64,000 nucleotides of DNA from Pseudomonadota bacterium (GCA_043821985.1 JBDRCF010000012.1:40471-104470), one strand, 5' to 3'. Shown: positions 30,557 through 40,724, counted from the stretch's first letter. Numbers and translations are program-made. The notes: a model not told the origin generated them from the sequence alone.

Positions 30557-33234
30557 TTAGAAGCGATAGCCGAGACCCAGGCGGGCCAGGGTTTCCGTGT
30601 TGTCGAAGCGCATGATGTCCGCCGTCGGTTGCTGGGGGCTGACCGTCACCGGATCGTTGTAGCGGGTATAGCTGTAGTCCATGCGAACGAAGGTGTTGCG
30701 CGAGGCCGGAATCTCGGCGCCGAGGCCGACGCGTGTACCGTCGAAATTGTCACTCTGGTTGACCGGCGTACCGGCGCCCCGACTGTAGAACGTATTGAAG
30801 CGGGTCTGCACCTGGCCGATGCGGCCGTAGAGCAGGCTGCCGTTGGGCAGCACATAACCGATCCGTACACTGCCGCCATAGCCGCCGCGTTTCTCCGAGG
30901 CAAAGTCACGGCCGCCCGAGCCTGCGGTATCCCGTTCGTGTTCCCAGCCGGAATTGGCCGCCTCCGCCTCCAGTTCCAGACCGACATAGATCCGGTTGAA
31001 GGTGTAGCCGTAGCCGGCGAAGAAGCCGCCAGTGAAGCCAGAGCGGGCGAAGTCGCCGGTGAAGTCATAGGGGCCGACACCGCTATCGTACTGGGTGCCG
31101 GTCAGCCGGGTACCCAGGGTGCCGTGACCGAGGTTGGCGCCCATATAGAGGCCGCGCAGTTCGGTGGCCGGGCGTGCGGCGACGAGGGGGCGCTGGCCGC
31201 CGAAGCGCCAGCCGAGGCCGAGACTGAAGACGGCGTCGCCGGTCTTGAAGGTTTCTGTCGTGGTCGCGCCGCCGCCGGAAGACTGATAGGGCACGTCATA
31301 GCTGCCATAGCGGGTGACGCTGTAATCGGTGCGCACGAACAGGTTGCGTGAAGCCGGAATTTCCAGGCCCAGCCCGACACGGCTGCCGGTCAGGGTTTGA
31401 TCCCGGTCGTAGGCGCCCGAACTGAACTGGTTCTCGGTGTAGTAGGTATGGAAATCGGTCCGCACCTTGCCGACCTTGCCGTACAGCATGCCGCCGTCGA
31501 GCAGGTAGCCGGCGCGCAGGCTCAGGCCATAGTTGCTGTCCTTGTCCATCCATACGGTGGGGGCGTCGTTCTTGATCTTGCGGTGTTTCCAGTTGGCGTT
31601 GCTGTCGCCGCCATCGAGTTCGACGCCGAGGTACCAGTTGTCGGCGATCTCGGTGCCCCAGCCGCCGAACAGCGCGTAGCTGGCGCCAAAGCCGCCCATG
31701 CCGGCGGTGTCGGTGCCGCCACCACCGCGCGGACCCCAGGTTGCCGTGGTCAACCCACCATGGCCGAGTTGGGCGCCCAGATAGAAGCCGGAATACACGC
31801 CTTGCGCACGCGGCGCTTCGGGCGCGCCGGCCTCGCGTTCGGGAATGATGGCGTAGTCGCGGTTGCGCGCCGGGGTGTAGCCGACGCTGACCAGCATCTG
31901 GTTGCGGCTGTATTGCGCAGCAATGTCGCTGGAGGCGCGGTCGATGATGCGCAGGTCGGCGCCCAGGTAGATGTTGGGCATCACGTAATAGCGCAGGCCG
32001 GCGCCCGCGTCGACGATCTTGTCGACACGGGCGAAGTCGTTGAAGTCGCTATGCGTGTAGGCGGCGCGGCCGTTGACCGACAGCTTGCTGGTCAGGTGGC
32101 GCTCGACCTCGAAGCCGTAGGTGGTGTCGGTCGAACTGGACGCGTAGCTGGGACCGCTGAAGACGGTGGTTTCTTCGAGCGAGCGGTCGATGAAGAGGGT
32201 CGCGGTTGTCAGCGATGTCGGTTTCCAGACGGTCAGCACGCCGAAATACGGCTTGCTGACATCGGTGAATCCACCGTAGTCGAAATTCTGACCCATCACG
32301 CCGGCGAAGGCCTCGCCCGCCAGGCGCTGGGGTTGCAGGGTGAATTTCACCCCGGCCGCGGCACGGTAACCGTCCGAGTCACGATTGAAGGTCTGGCCGG
32401 GGATCAGGTTGTCGTAGCGGCGATTGTCGGTTGCCACCTGGCCAAAAAGCTCGTATCGAGGCGACAGCACATAGCCCAGGCGTACGCCCAGCGAATTCAG
32501 GTTGTGGTCGCGATAGTCGTTGTTGGTCGGCAGGCCGGAGGCACCGTCAATCCCGTTCTTGTAATCGTACTGGTCGTAGGTGCCGCCGAGTCGCAGACGG
32601 AAGGCGCCGAACGAATGGGCGAGGCCGAGATGCGCTTCCTCGTGGTCGTACAGGGTGGGCTCGATCTGCCCGACGTCGCTGCCCGGGGTGGAACGGTCTT
32701 CGTGATCGCGCGAGTGGCGGGCGCCGCCAAACACGTTGGTCGTCGGGCTGAGGTCATAGCGGCCGTCGAAGCCGAGCCAGTAGTCGTTGACGTTTTCCGA
32801 GTTGTGGTTGCGGTAGCGGTCGAAGTCTCCGCCCGCATCGAGGTTCAGCGCATGCCGCGCCCATTTGGATTTGAGCGCGATCGACGGCGACAGCGTGTAG
32901 ACCACGTCATCGGTCACGTAGGTGCGCGGGGCGGTGTAGGGGCGCTCGGCGTAGATGTTGTCGTCGTAGGTGGCGGCCAGCGACACTTCCGGGAACACCA
33001 GGAAGGAGCCCCAGGGAATGCCGGGAAACTCGTTCGGCTGCGCCGGGAAGACCGATGTCATCGGGCGGGTCGCCAGCACGGGGGGGCCGTGGAGACGGGT
33101 GCGCCGGTCTGGGCGCCGCTTGGGCTCTGGGTCTGGACCGGAGGCGTGGCCGGCGGTGCGCCCCACACATTGAACGATGCGGCGCCAAACAGGGTGGCCA
33201 TGCATGCGGCCAGCGGCTTCAAAGCATATTTCAT
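30557..33234 (-). CDS. Outer-membrane beta-barrel protein (large barrel + two small OMP barrels), frameshifted at G7 33080-33086
   Basis: Signal peptide MKYALKPLAACMATLFGAAS.. (ATG 33234, GGAGA RBS) is out of frame with the body (YDDNIY barrel; two GFYLGAQLGHG/GLYMGANLGHG repeats; ends GLGYRF). One extra C restores a single ORF. Confidence 0.85.
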
Positions 33235-33352
33235 TCGTATTCTCCGGGGCAGACCGCTTGTTGGCACCTTCCCTGCCGTTATTGGGATTCCAACGGCGCA
33301 GGGCAAAACAGGGTCCGATTCTACGGGGTTAGTTGGGTGCCATCTGGGTTGA

Positions 33353-33366
33353 TTGATAATTGTCAA
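33353..33366. promoter_or_regulatory. Fnr box upstream of the beta-barrel gene
   Basis: TTGAT-AATT-GTCAA, one mismatch to TTGAT-N4-ATCAA; TAGAAT at 33323-33318 on the minus strand. Confidence 0.75.
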
Positions 33367-33399
33367 TGCGATAAGTGTGTCAATTGAGCAACAGGCAAT

Positions 33400-34104
33400 T
33401 CAGCCCTGCGCCAGTTGCGTCAATCCGTTGTAGTCGTAGTCGATGCAGCCGCCCTTCTCGATATGGATCAGGCCGCGTCGCCTGAATTCGGCCATGATGC
33501 GACTGGCAGTTTCGGTGGTGATGCCGAGCAGGGCGCCCATGTCCTCGCGGCTTGGCATCAGCGTTTCCGACAGGGTGCTGGTGCAACCGAGCGTGATCAG
33601 GAGGCGTGCCATGCGGGCTTCCGCCGGGCCGGTGGAGAGTGCCACGATGAAGTGATCGGCCTGGTCGAGCGACCGCTGCCAGCGCTGCTGCAGGGCCTGG
33701 TGCACGCTCGGGTTGGTCTTGTCGAGCTGTATCACGACCTCGCGCGGGATGCGGCAGACATCGGCGTCCTGCAGGGCGATGGCGGTGTGGTGATAGCGCT
33801 CGCCCACCAGCGTTTCCATGCCGGCCACATCACCGGGGCGCAACAGCCGCACGATGCGCTGTCCGCCGTTGGGCAGATCGACCTTGAGCTTGATGAGTCC
33901 GTGACGCAGGGTGTAGACGCAGGGTGCCGCCGCCCCTTGCTCGTACAGCACTGCATGCTGGGGCACATGCAGATTGTCGATGGGCTGCAGGACCGTATCC
34001 AGCTCGTGCATGGACAGGCCCGAGAACAGGACGAAGTTGCGTACGTCACACACGGCGCATTTCGCGTGGCCGATCCACTGAGGATTGGTGCAATTCGTTT
34101 TCAT
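33400..34104 (-). CDS. Crp/Fnr family transcriptional regulator with N-terminal Cys cluster
   Basis: C-x10-C-x2-C N-terminus plus DVC; cNMP-like domain; HTH SREDMGALLGITTETASR (Fnr-type ETxSR). Alternative start at 34170. Confidence 0.93.
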   Translation of the reverse strand: MKTNCTNPQWIGHAKCAVCDVRNFVLFSGLSMHELDTVLQPIDNLHVPQHAVLYEQGAAAPCVYTLRHGLIKLKVDLPNGGQRIVRLLRPGDVAGMETLVGERYHHTAIALQDADVCRIPREVVIQLDKTNPSVHQALQQRWQRSLDQADHFIVALSTGPAEARMARLLITLGCTSTLSETLMPSREDMGALLGITTETASRIMAEFRRRGLIHIEKGGCIDYDYNGLTQLAQG

Positions 34105-34278
34105 GAGATGGCGCCCTTGCCAGAGAGGGCGTCCTCGTGCGGTCGACGATCCGGGTACATCAAATTCCATTCCTCGTTATTTTGAACACGATGTGTCATC
34201 GGGCGTCGTGTGCAGGGGCTTGCGGCCGGGCATTTCGACAGGCGGCACGTATTTACCACACTCTAGGTTAATTGCCCT

Positions 34279-34292
34279 TTGCGAAAAATCAA
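34279..34292. promoter_or_regulatory. Crp/Fnr-type box upstream of the regulator
   Basis: TTGCG-AAAA-ATCAA, the exact reverse complement of the 14-mer at 30508-30521. Confidence 0.7.
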
Positions 34293-34358
34293 TTTGCAGC
34301 AAGCACGCAGGCGGGCGATTGATTGAGTGGCGCGCGGAGTCGAAATGGGTCTTGCATT

Positions 34359-34378
34359 AATCTAATAATCGTGCGAAT
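34359..34378. promoter_or_regulatory. Putative ArsR operator
   Basis: AATCTAATAATCGTGCGAAT just before the ArsR-rhodanese start; aligns with the dyad at 39831-39850. Confidence 0.5.
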
Positions 34379-34387
34379 GTACGTTTT

Positions 34388-35050
34388 ATGAACAAACGTC
34401 AAACCAAAGATCTGCTCTACGAACAGGTCGCCCGCATCGGCAAGGCCGTCTCCAGTCCCAAGCGGCTGGAACTGCTGGAAATCCTGGCGCAGGGCGAGAA
34501 AACCGTGGATGCCCTGGCTGCCGAAGCCAATATCGACATCAAGCTGGCGAGCGCGCATCTCAAGGTGCTGAAGGCCGCGCGCCTGGTCGAGACGCAGCGC
34601 GACGGCCGCTTCATCGCCTATCGCCTGTCGGGCGAGGACGTCAGCGCCCTGTGGGTCAACCTGCGCACGGTGGCGGAAGAACATCTGGTCGAACTGAAAG
34701 TGGCCATGGACCAGATCTTTGCCGCGCCGGAAAAGCTCGATACCGAAACGCGGCGTTCGCTGATGGAAAAGGCGCGGCGCGGCGACGTGGTGGTGATCGA
34801 CGTGCGCCCCTCCGCCGAATTTGCCAGCGGCCATCTGCCGTTTGCGCGTTCGATGCCCCTTGAGGAAATCCGCCAGCGCATCAAGGAACTGCCTGCCGAC
34901 AAGGACATCGTTGCCTACTGCCGCGGACCGTTCTGCATGATGTCGGCCGAGGCAGTGGCACTGCTGCGCGAACACGGTTACCGCGCACAGAAGATCGCCG
35001 ACGGCATTCCCGAATGGCAGGCAGCCGGTCTGCCGCTGGCCGAGTCCTGA
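34388..35050 (+). CDS. ArsR/SmtB regulator fused to rhodanese domain
   Basis: SPKRLELLEILAQGEKTVDALA HTH; IDVRP..EF..GHLP, IVAYCRGPFC. Confidence 0.93.
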   Translation: MNKRQTKDLLYEQVARIGKAVSSPKRLELLEILAQGEKTVDALAAEANIDIKLASAHLKVLKAARLVETQRDGRFIAYRLSGEDVSALWVNLRTVAEEHLVELKVAMDQIFAAPEKLDTETRRSLMEKARRGDVVVIDVRPSAEFASGHLPFARSMPLEEIRQRIKELPADKDIVAYCRGPFCMMSAEAVALLREHGYRAQKIADGIPEWQAAGLPLAES

Positions 35051-35089
35051 CGACTCACCGCTCACCGCTTCCCATCAAGGAGACTTCAC

Positions 35090-35821
35090 ATGTTTTTCCG
35101 TCAATTGCTGGCCAGGGACGCCACCCTGTCCTACTTTTTCGGCTGCGGGTCATGCCATGTCGGTGTCGTCGTCGATCCCGTTCTGGGCGATGAGCTGTGG
35201 TTCCTCGAGGAAGCGGCGAAACAGGACGTGAAGATCACCCACGTCATCGACACGCATGTCCACGCCGACCACTTTTCCGGCGCGCGCGCGCTGGCCGAGA
35301 AGTCCGGAGCAGCCTACTGCCTGCACGAGTCCGATGTAGGGCGCGTGAACTACCCGTTCGAGCCGCTGAAGGATGGTCAGCGCATCGAGGTTGGCAATGT
35401 CTTTGTCGATGTGCTGCACACCCCCGGTCATACACCGGATTCGATCTGCCTCTTGGTGACCGACAAGCGCCGCACCGAGACGCCATGGTTCGTCCTGACC
35501 GGCGACACCCTGTTCGTCGGTAGCGCCGGACGGCCCGATCTCGCCGGCAAGGAAACCGAAATGGCAGGACAACTCTATGACACGCTGTACCGACGCCTGC
35601 TGACGCTGCCGGCCGAGGTCGAGCTTTATCCCGGCCACACCTCGGGCAGCGCCTGCGGCGCCGGCATGTCGGGCAAGCCGATGTCGACGATCGGTTTCGA
35701 GAAGCGCTGGAACCCCATGCTGGCGATGAGCCGGGACGCGTTCGTTACCGCATTGACCGAAGCCATTCCGCCGCGTCCCGCGGAAATGGATCGCATGGTC
35801 GCCTTCAACCTGGGCAACTGA
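35090..35821 (+). CDS. MBL-fold hydrolase, persulfide dioxygenase (PDO/ETHE1-like)
   Basis: DTHVHADHFSG, HTPGHT, TGDTLFVGSAGRPDL, YPGH, STIGFEKRWN. Confidence 0.88.
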   Translation: MFFRQLLARDATLSYFFGCGSCHVGVVVDPVLGDELWFLEEAAKQDVKITHVIDTHVHADHFSGARALAEKSGAAYCLHESDVGRVNYPFEPLKDGQRIEVGNVFVDVLHTPGHTPDSICLLVTDKRRTETPWFVLTGDTLFVGSAGRPDLAGKETEMAGQLYDTLYRRLLTLPAEVELYPGHTSGSACGAGMSGKPMSTIGFEKRWNPMLAMSRDAFVTALTEAIPPRPAEMDRMVAFNLGN

Positions 35822-35823
35822 CC

Positions 35824-37131
35824 ATGTTGCTGACCCAGGACGTGGCGGAGTACCGCTACGGTATCCGCCATAACTTCGCCCAGTTCTCGCATCAATTGGT
35901 GCAGGTGTTCCTGGTCGGCCTCACCATCGGCATGTTCCGCACCGTGGTGCCGGCGCTCGCCGAAACCGAGTTCGGCGTGGCCAAGGGCTCGTTCATGATG
36001 CTGATGGCCTTCGTCACCGCCTTCGGCTTCGTCAAGGGCACACTCAACTTCGTCGCCGGCCGCCTGTCCGAACGCATGGGCCGCAAGAAGGTGCTGTTCA
36101 TCGGCTGGCTGGCAGCGGTGCCGATGCCCTTCATGATCCTCTACGCGCCGAACTGGAACTGGATCGTGGCGGCGACGGTGCTCCTGGGCGTGAATCAGGG
36201 GCTCACCTGGTCAATGACGCAGACCTCCAAGCTCGATCTCACCACAGCCAACCAGCGCGGCCTCACCATCGGCCTCAACGAGTTCTCCGGTTACTTCGGC
36301 GTGGCGGTCGCAGGCATCGTCACCGGTTATATGGCCACCGCCTTCGGTGCGCGCGAGGGGCTGATGCTGTTCGGCCTCACCGTTATCCTGCTGGCCGGGC
36401 TGCTGACGCTGGTATGGGTCAAGGACACCCTGCCGTGGGCGCAGGCCGAAGGCAAGAAGCACGCGGCCGGGCAGATGACCGGGCCGAAGCCGCGCTACCC
36501 GAACAATATATCCGACACGCCCAAAACCTGGGACGTGTTCACCCTGATGTCGTGGCGCGATGCGCGCATGGCGTCGATCAGCCAGGCCGGCCTGGTGGAG
36601 AAATTCGTCGATGCGCTGGTGTGGGTGTTCTTCCCGGTCTACCTGCATCAGCGCGGGTTGTCCCTACCCGGCATCGGCTGGGTGGTCGGCGTGTATGGCT
36701 TTGTCTGGGGCATGTCGCAGTTCTTCACCGGCCATCTGTCCGACCGCGTCGGCCGCAAGCAGCCCATCGTCTGGGGCATGTGGCTGTGCAGCGGCGGGGT
36801 TGCGCTGGTGCTGATGGGGGAGGGCGAGCTGTGGTGGTCGTTCGCCGCCGCGGTGATGGGCTTCGGCATGGCGCTGCTCTATCCGACGCTGTCGGCCGCC
36901 GTGTCCGACATCGCCCATCCCAACTGGCGCGGCTCCGCCATCGGCATCTACCGCTTCTGGCGCGACCTCGGCTACGGCATCGGCGCGCTGCTGCTGGGCG
37001 CGGTGGCCGCGCTGTTCGGCGGCATCGAGGCGGGATTCTGGTTCACCGCCGCCGCCATGTTCGTCTCGGGCCTCATTGTCCTGATGGCCTGCGAGGAAAC
37101 CCACCCGCGTCTCAATCCGGCCGACGATTGA
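35824..37131 (+). CDS. MFS transporter
   Basis: About 12 TM segments, GRLSERMGRK and GHLSDRVGRK loop motifs. Confidence 0.93.
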   Translation: MLLTQDVAEYRYGIRHNFAQFSHQLVQVFLVGLTIGMFRTVVPALAETEFGVAKGSFMMLMAFVTAFGFVKGTLNFVAGRLSERMGRKKVLFIGWLAAVPMPFMILYAPNWNWIVAATVLLGVNQGLTWSMTQTSKLDLTTANQRGLTIGLNEFSGYFGVAVAGIVTGYMATAFGAREGLMLFGLTVILLAGLLTLVWVKDTLPWAQAEGKKHAAGQMTGPKPRYPNNISDTPKTWDVFTLMSWRDARMASISQAGLVEKFVDALVWVFFPVYLHQRGLSLPGIGWVVGVYGFVWGMSQFFTGHLSDRVGRKQPIVWGMWLCSGGVALVLMGEGELWWSFAAAVMGFGMALLYPTLSAAVSDIAHPNWRGSAIGIYRFWRDLGYGIGALLLGAVAALFGGIEAGFWFTAAAMFVSGLIVLMACEETHPRLNPADD

Positions 37132-37153
37132 TCGTCCTGACCAAGGAAATCCC

Positions 37154-37609
37154 ATGAACAGAACCCTGGTCGCCCTGCTTGCCAGCCTCGCACTACTCGC
37201 AGCGCCCGTGCACGCCGAAGAAAACGCCGCCGCGGTCGACGCGCTGTCCGGCTACCTGGACTTCGCCGAATACGGCAGCAGCCTGATCTGGCCGGAACAG
37301 ATTCCGGCTGACGACTGGAAGAAGGTCTTCATCGTCGATGCGCGCGACGCCGCGCAGTATGCGAAGGAACACATTCCCGGCGCGGTCAATATCGAGTGGC
37401 GGCAGGCGGTGGCGCGCCGCGCCGAGTTGCCCAAGGATCGCATGGTGGTGGTGTACTGCAACTCCGGTTCGTTGTCCGCGCAGGCGGTGTTCGCGCTGCG
37501 TCTGCTGGGCTACGACAACGTGAAAGTTCTGCAGGACGGCATCGAGGGCTGGAAGAAGAAGGGCGGATTCGAGGCCAATGTGCGCGCCAGCCAGCCGGTC
37601 GGGCATTGA
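37154..37609 (+). CDS. Periplasmic rhodanese-like sulfurtransferase
   Basis: Signal peptide, VDAR...HIPGAVNI, VVYCNSGSLS, LQDGIEGW. Confidence 0.92.
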   Translation: MNRTLVALLASLALLAAPVHAEENAAAVDALSGYLDFAEYGSSLIWPEQIPADDWKKVFIVDARDAAQYAKEHIPGAVNIEWRQAVARRAELPKDRMVVVYCNSGSLSAQAVFALRLLGYDNVKVLQDGIEGWKKKGGFEANVRASQPVGH

Positions 37610-37622
37610 CCGGACCCGTGCC

Positions 37623-38579
37623 GTGCAGATCGATCTGACGTTCCAACTGGCGCTGCAGGGCCGCTTCCAGGATCTCGCCCTGTGGCTGCCCGTGCCGCAA
37701 GATACCTCGCATCAAAGGCGGCTGGCGCTTAAATGCAATGGCAACCATGCCAAGCTTGCACTCCACCACGATCCGGCGCATGGCGCACCCATTCTGTTCG
37801 TACGCTGGCCGGGTGTTCGGAACGATCCTCGGCTGACCGTCTCTGCACGTGTGGAGACCCAGGAGGCGGTCTTCGATCTCGCGCAGGCAAACGCAGACGC
37901 CCCGCTGCCCGAGGACGCGCGGCGCTACCTGGCAGCGAGCGCGCATCTGCCTGTCGAGGGCACGGTCCGCACCCGCGCCGAGGCGATCACACAGGGACTG
38001 GACACGCCCGCGGCCAAGCTGCGTGCCCTTTACGACTGGGTCCTGACCCATGCCCAGCGCCGCTTCGATGTCTCCTGGTGCGGGCTGGGCGATGTGCCTG
38101 CCATGCTGGCGGCCGGGGAATTCTGCGGCAAGTGCGTGGACATCAATTCGCTGCTGGTGGCTTTGTGCCGGGCAGCGGGCCTGCCGGCGCGCGCAGTACT
38201 CGGCATACGCGCCGTACCATCGCGTTTCGACCCCGCGCTCGGGGCCTTGGGCGATGTCACCCAGGCGCTGCATACCCGTGCAGAGGTATATCTGGGCGGC
38301 CTCGGCTGGGTGCCGGCCGACCCTGCCGATGCCTTGAAATTGGCCGACGCAGGTGTACCCGTGACGCTGCAGAGCGAGGTTGATGTGTTTCTCCTGGGCG
38401 GTGCCGAGGCCAACTGGGTCGCCTACAATCACGCCCGCGACTTCCGCCTCGAACCGCCGGCGGCGGGCGGGCCGCTCAATCTCTTTACCGCGCCCTACGC
38501 CGAGGCTGCGGGCATTCCGCTCGGCATCGAGGCAGGCGCGCAGGGGTACAGCATCGTCAGCCGCCCGGCAGGAGATTGA
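37623..38579 (+). CDS. Transglutaminase-like domain protein
   Basis: GKCVDINSLLVALCRAAGLPAR (Cys), HTRAEVYL (His), GWVPADP (Asp); GTG start uncertain. Confidence 0.88.
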   Translation: MQIDLTFQLALQGRFQDLALWLPVPQDTSHQRRLALKCNGNHAKLALHHDPAHGAPILFVRWPGVRNDPRLTVSARVETQEAVFDLAQANADAPLPEDARRYLAASAHLPVEGTVRTRAEAITQGLDTPAAKLRALYDWVLTHAQRRFDVSWCGLGDVPAMLAAGEFCGKCVDINSLLVALCRAAGLPARAVLGIRAVPSRFDPALGALGDVTQALHTRAEVYLGGLGWVPADPADALKLADAGVPVTLQSEVDVFLLGGAEANWVAYNHARDFRLEPPAAGGPLNLFTAPYAEAAGIPLGIEAGAQGYSIVSRPAGD

Positions 38580-38623
38580 GCATGGCCATGATTTTGCTTA
38601 ATCCCTGTCATTGAAGGATTACG

Positions 38624-38941
38624 ATGACCTTGCATATCCGTGTCATTTCCCAACATCCCCCGGGCGGCCGATGTGGCCTTTATACCGGCTATGCCGAGGT
38701 GCTGGCCGCCTATCTGCACGCCCGGGCGGAAGTCGTATTCAGTACCGAGCGAGACGCGCATGGTTCGGGATTCCCTTCCCTTTTGGTGAATGGAATCCCC
38801 GCTCAGCCGGCAGACGGGGTCATCCTGATGCCGGGGGATCTGTGCTCGCTGCTGGCGGCGGCGGGGCTGGACGAAGCAAGCCTGGTTGGCTTGGCCGAGG
38901 CCCTGGAAGCGCCCCTGGAACGTATGCTGGAAGGGGCGTAG
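38624..38941 (+). CDS. Hypothetical protein, possibly thioredoxin-like fold
   Basis: AAGGA RBS; PPGGRC and GFPSLLVNG (cis-Pro-like motif). Confidence 0.7.
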   Translation: MTLHIRVISQHPPGGRCGLYTGYAEVLAAYLHARAEVVFSTERDAHGSGFPSLLVNGIPAQPADGVILMPGDLCSLLAAAGLDEASLVGLAEALEAPLERMLEGA

Positions 38942-39108
38942 GCAGCCCCGGGCCCATATCCCGGATTCTCTGCCGCAGCCTGCTTGGGGCGGGATTCGGT
39001 CAGCTGACCCCCGCTCCCGAAGTTCGCCTTGGCGGACTCGCGAACTTCAGCCCCGTTGGATGGATGATCGACCATCGATAGGTCCGGCGTTTACGGGGAT
39101 AATGAATC

Positions 39109-39771
39109 ATGAGCCCCAAAAAGAAGTTGTTCGAGCAATTCGCCCGTGTCGCCAAATCGCTTGCAAGCCCCAATCGGCTGGAATTGCTGGAAGCGCTGGC
39201 GCAGGGCGAAAGGAGCGTGGATGCCCTGGCGCAGGCAGCGGGCATGTCGGTTGCCAACACCTCGCACCACCTGCAGATACTGCGCGATTCCGGTCTGGCT
39301 GAATCGCGCAAGGAGGGGTTGCAGGTCATTTACCGTCTGTCGGATGACCAGATTCCGACCCTGATGGGCTGTATCGGCAACATCGCGGAAAAACATCTGG
39401 CCGAGGTGGAACGCATTGTGCGTGAACACTTCGATACACGCGACGCGCTGACTCCCGTAGGGCGCGACGAGTTGATGGCCCGGGTCAAGGCAGGCGAGAC
39501 CATGGTCATCGACGTGCGGCCTGCCGCGGAATACCAGGCGGGCCACATCCCCGGCGCGATCAATATCCCGGTGGATGAGCTGCCGCAACACCTGGAAGCC
39601 CTGCCGCACGGGCAGGAAATCGTCGCCTATTGCCGCGGCCCCTTCTGCATGCTGGCCTTCGAGGCCGTGGCCCGGTTGCGTGAAGCGGGTTACCAGGCGC
39701 GCCGCCTTGAAGACGGCTTTCCCGAATGGAAGGCCGAAAGTCGGCCCGTCGATAGCGGGACGCGGGATTAG
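39109..39771 (+). CDS. ArsR/SmtB regulator fused to rhodanese domain (second paralogue)
   Basis: SPNRLELLEALAQGERSVDALA; IVAYCRGPFC. Confidence 0.93.
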   Translation: MSPKKKLFEQFARVAKSLASPNRLELLEALAQGERSVDALAQAAGMSVANTSHHLQILRDSGLAESRKEGLQVIYRLSDDQIPTLMGCIGNIAEKHLAEVERIVREHFDTRDALTPVGRDELMARVKAGETMVIDVRPAAEYQAGHIPGAINIPVDELPQHLEALPHGQEIVAYCRGPFCMLAFEAVARLREAGYQARRLEDGFPEWKAESRPVDSGTRD

Positions 39772-39828
39772 GCGTAGCGGGTTCAATCCGTCTCAAATAT
39801 TGATTGACAGGCGTCTTTCCCTCGCCCA

Positions 39829-39852
39829 GTATTCAAGCGATCGTTTGAATAC
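39829..39852. promoter_or_regulatory. ArsR-type operator upstream of TauE gene
   Basis: GTATTCAAGCGA|TCGTTTGAATAC, a 24-bp palindrome with one mismatch, downstream of TTGACA (39804-39809). Confidence 0.75.
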
Positions 39853-39862
39853 TTGAGCTGAG

Positions 39863-40672
39863 GTGGGTATGGACGTCTTCGCAATTCTGGCCGGTCTCGG
39901 TACCGGCTTCGTCCTGGGCCTCCTGGGCAGCGGGGGATCCATCATCGCCCTGCCGGCGCTGGTATATCTCCTGCATGTGGAACCCAAGTCCGCCATTGCC
40001 ATGAGCTTGGGCGTGGTAGCGGTGACGGCCACGCTGGCGGCCATAAATCACGCCCGCCGCGGCAATGTGGACCTGAGGGTGGCGCTGGTTTTCGCATCCT
40101 TTGGCGCGTTCGGCACCTTCACGGGTACGCGCCTGGGCGTGGCGATTCCTGCAATCGTCCAGCTCAGCCTGTTTGCGCTGGTGATGTATGCCGCCGCCTG
40201 GCGCATGCAGCGAAAGCCGGCCATTTTGCCGGCCCCTGCAGCCGGATCCATGCTTTCGGCTGACGGGACGTTGGCCATGAATGGCTGTCGGCATTATTTC
40301 TCTCCCTGCATGGCCTACATCGCCCTGGCCGGCATCTCGGTGGGGCTGCTCACCGGCGTGGTGGGGGTGGGCGGCGGCTTTCTTATCGTCCCGACCCTGG
40401 TCCTCCTCTCCGGCATCCCCATCAAGCAGGCAGTGGCCACCTCGCTCGCCATTGTGGCCGCGAATTCCTCCGTGGGCTTCGTCGGCTACCTGGGCAGCGT
40501 GCCGATCTCGTGGGAAATCATGGCCGGCTTTACCGCAGTAACCGTGCTGGGCAGCTTCGCCGGCGCCCGTTTTTCCAGCCGACTCTCGCAGGAGAGCCTG
40601 AAACGCAGCTTCGCCTGGTTCCTGGTGGTGGTTGCGACGTATATCCTGTTCAAGAATGTGATGGGAGGTTGA
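39863..40672 (+). CDS. Sulfite exporter TauE/SafE family protein
   Basis: GLLGSGGSIIALPALVY and GVVGVGGGFLIVPTL repeats, about 8 TM segments. Confidence 0.93.
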   Translation: MGMDVFAILAGLGTGFVLGLLGSGGSIIALPALVYLLHVEPKSAIAMSLGVVAVTATLAAINHARRGNVDLRVALVFASFGAFGTFTGTRLGVAIPAIVQLSLFALVMYAAAWRMQRKPAILPAPAAGSMLSADGTLAMNGCRHYFSPCMAYIALAGISVGLLTGVVGVGGGFLIVPTLVLLSGIPIKQAVATSLAIVAANSSVGFVGYLGSVPISWEIMAGFTAVTVLGSFAGARFSSRLSQESLKRSFAWFLVVVATYILFKNVMGG

Positions 40673-40724
40673 TGTGACGCTGAACGTGCAGATGCGCCAA
40701 GCTGGCCGGCACCCCGCTCGGCGT

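Noticed and set aside
33058-33366. 102-aa ORF as an independent gene
   Set aside because: Its 3' half is the signal-peptide segment of the frameshifted barrel gene; its 5' half is promoter DNA.
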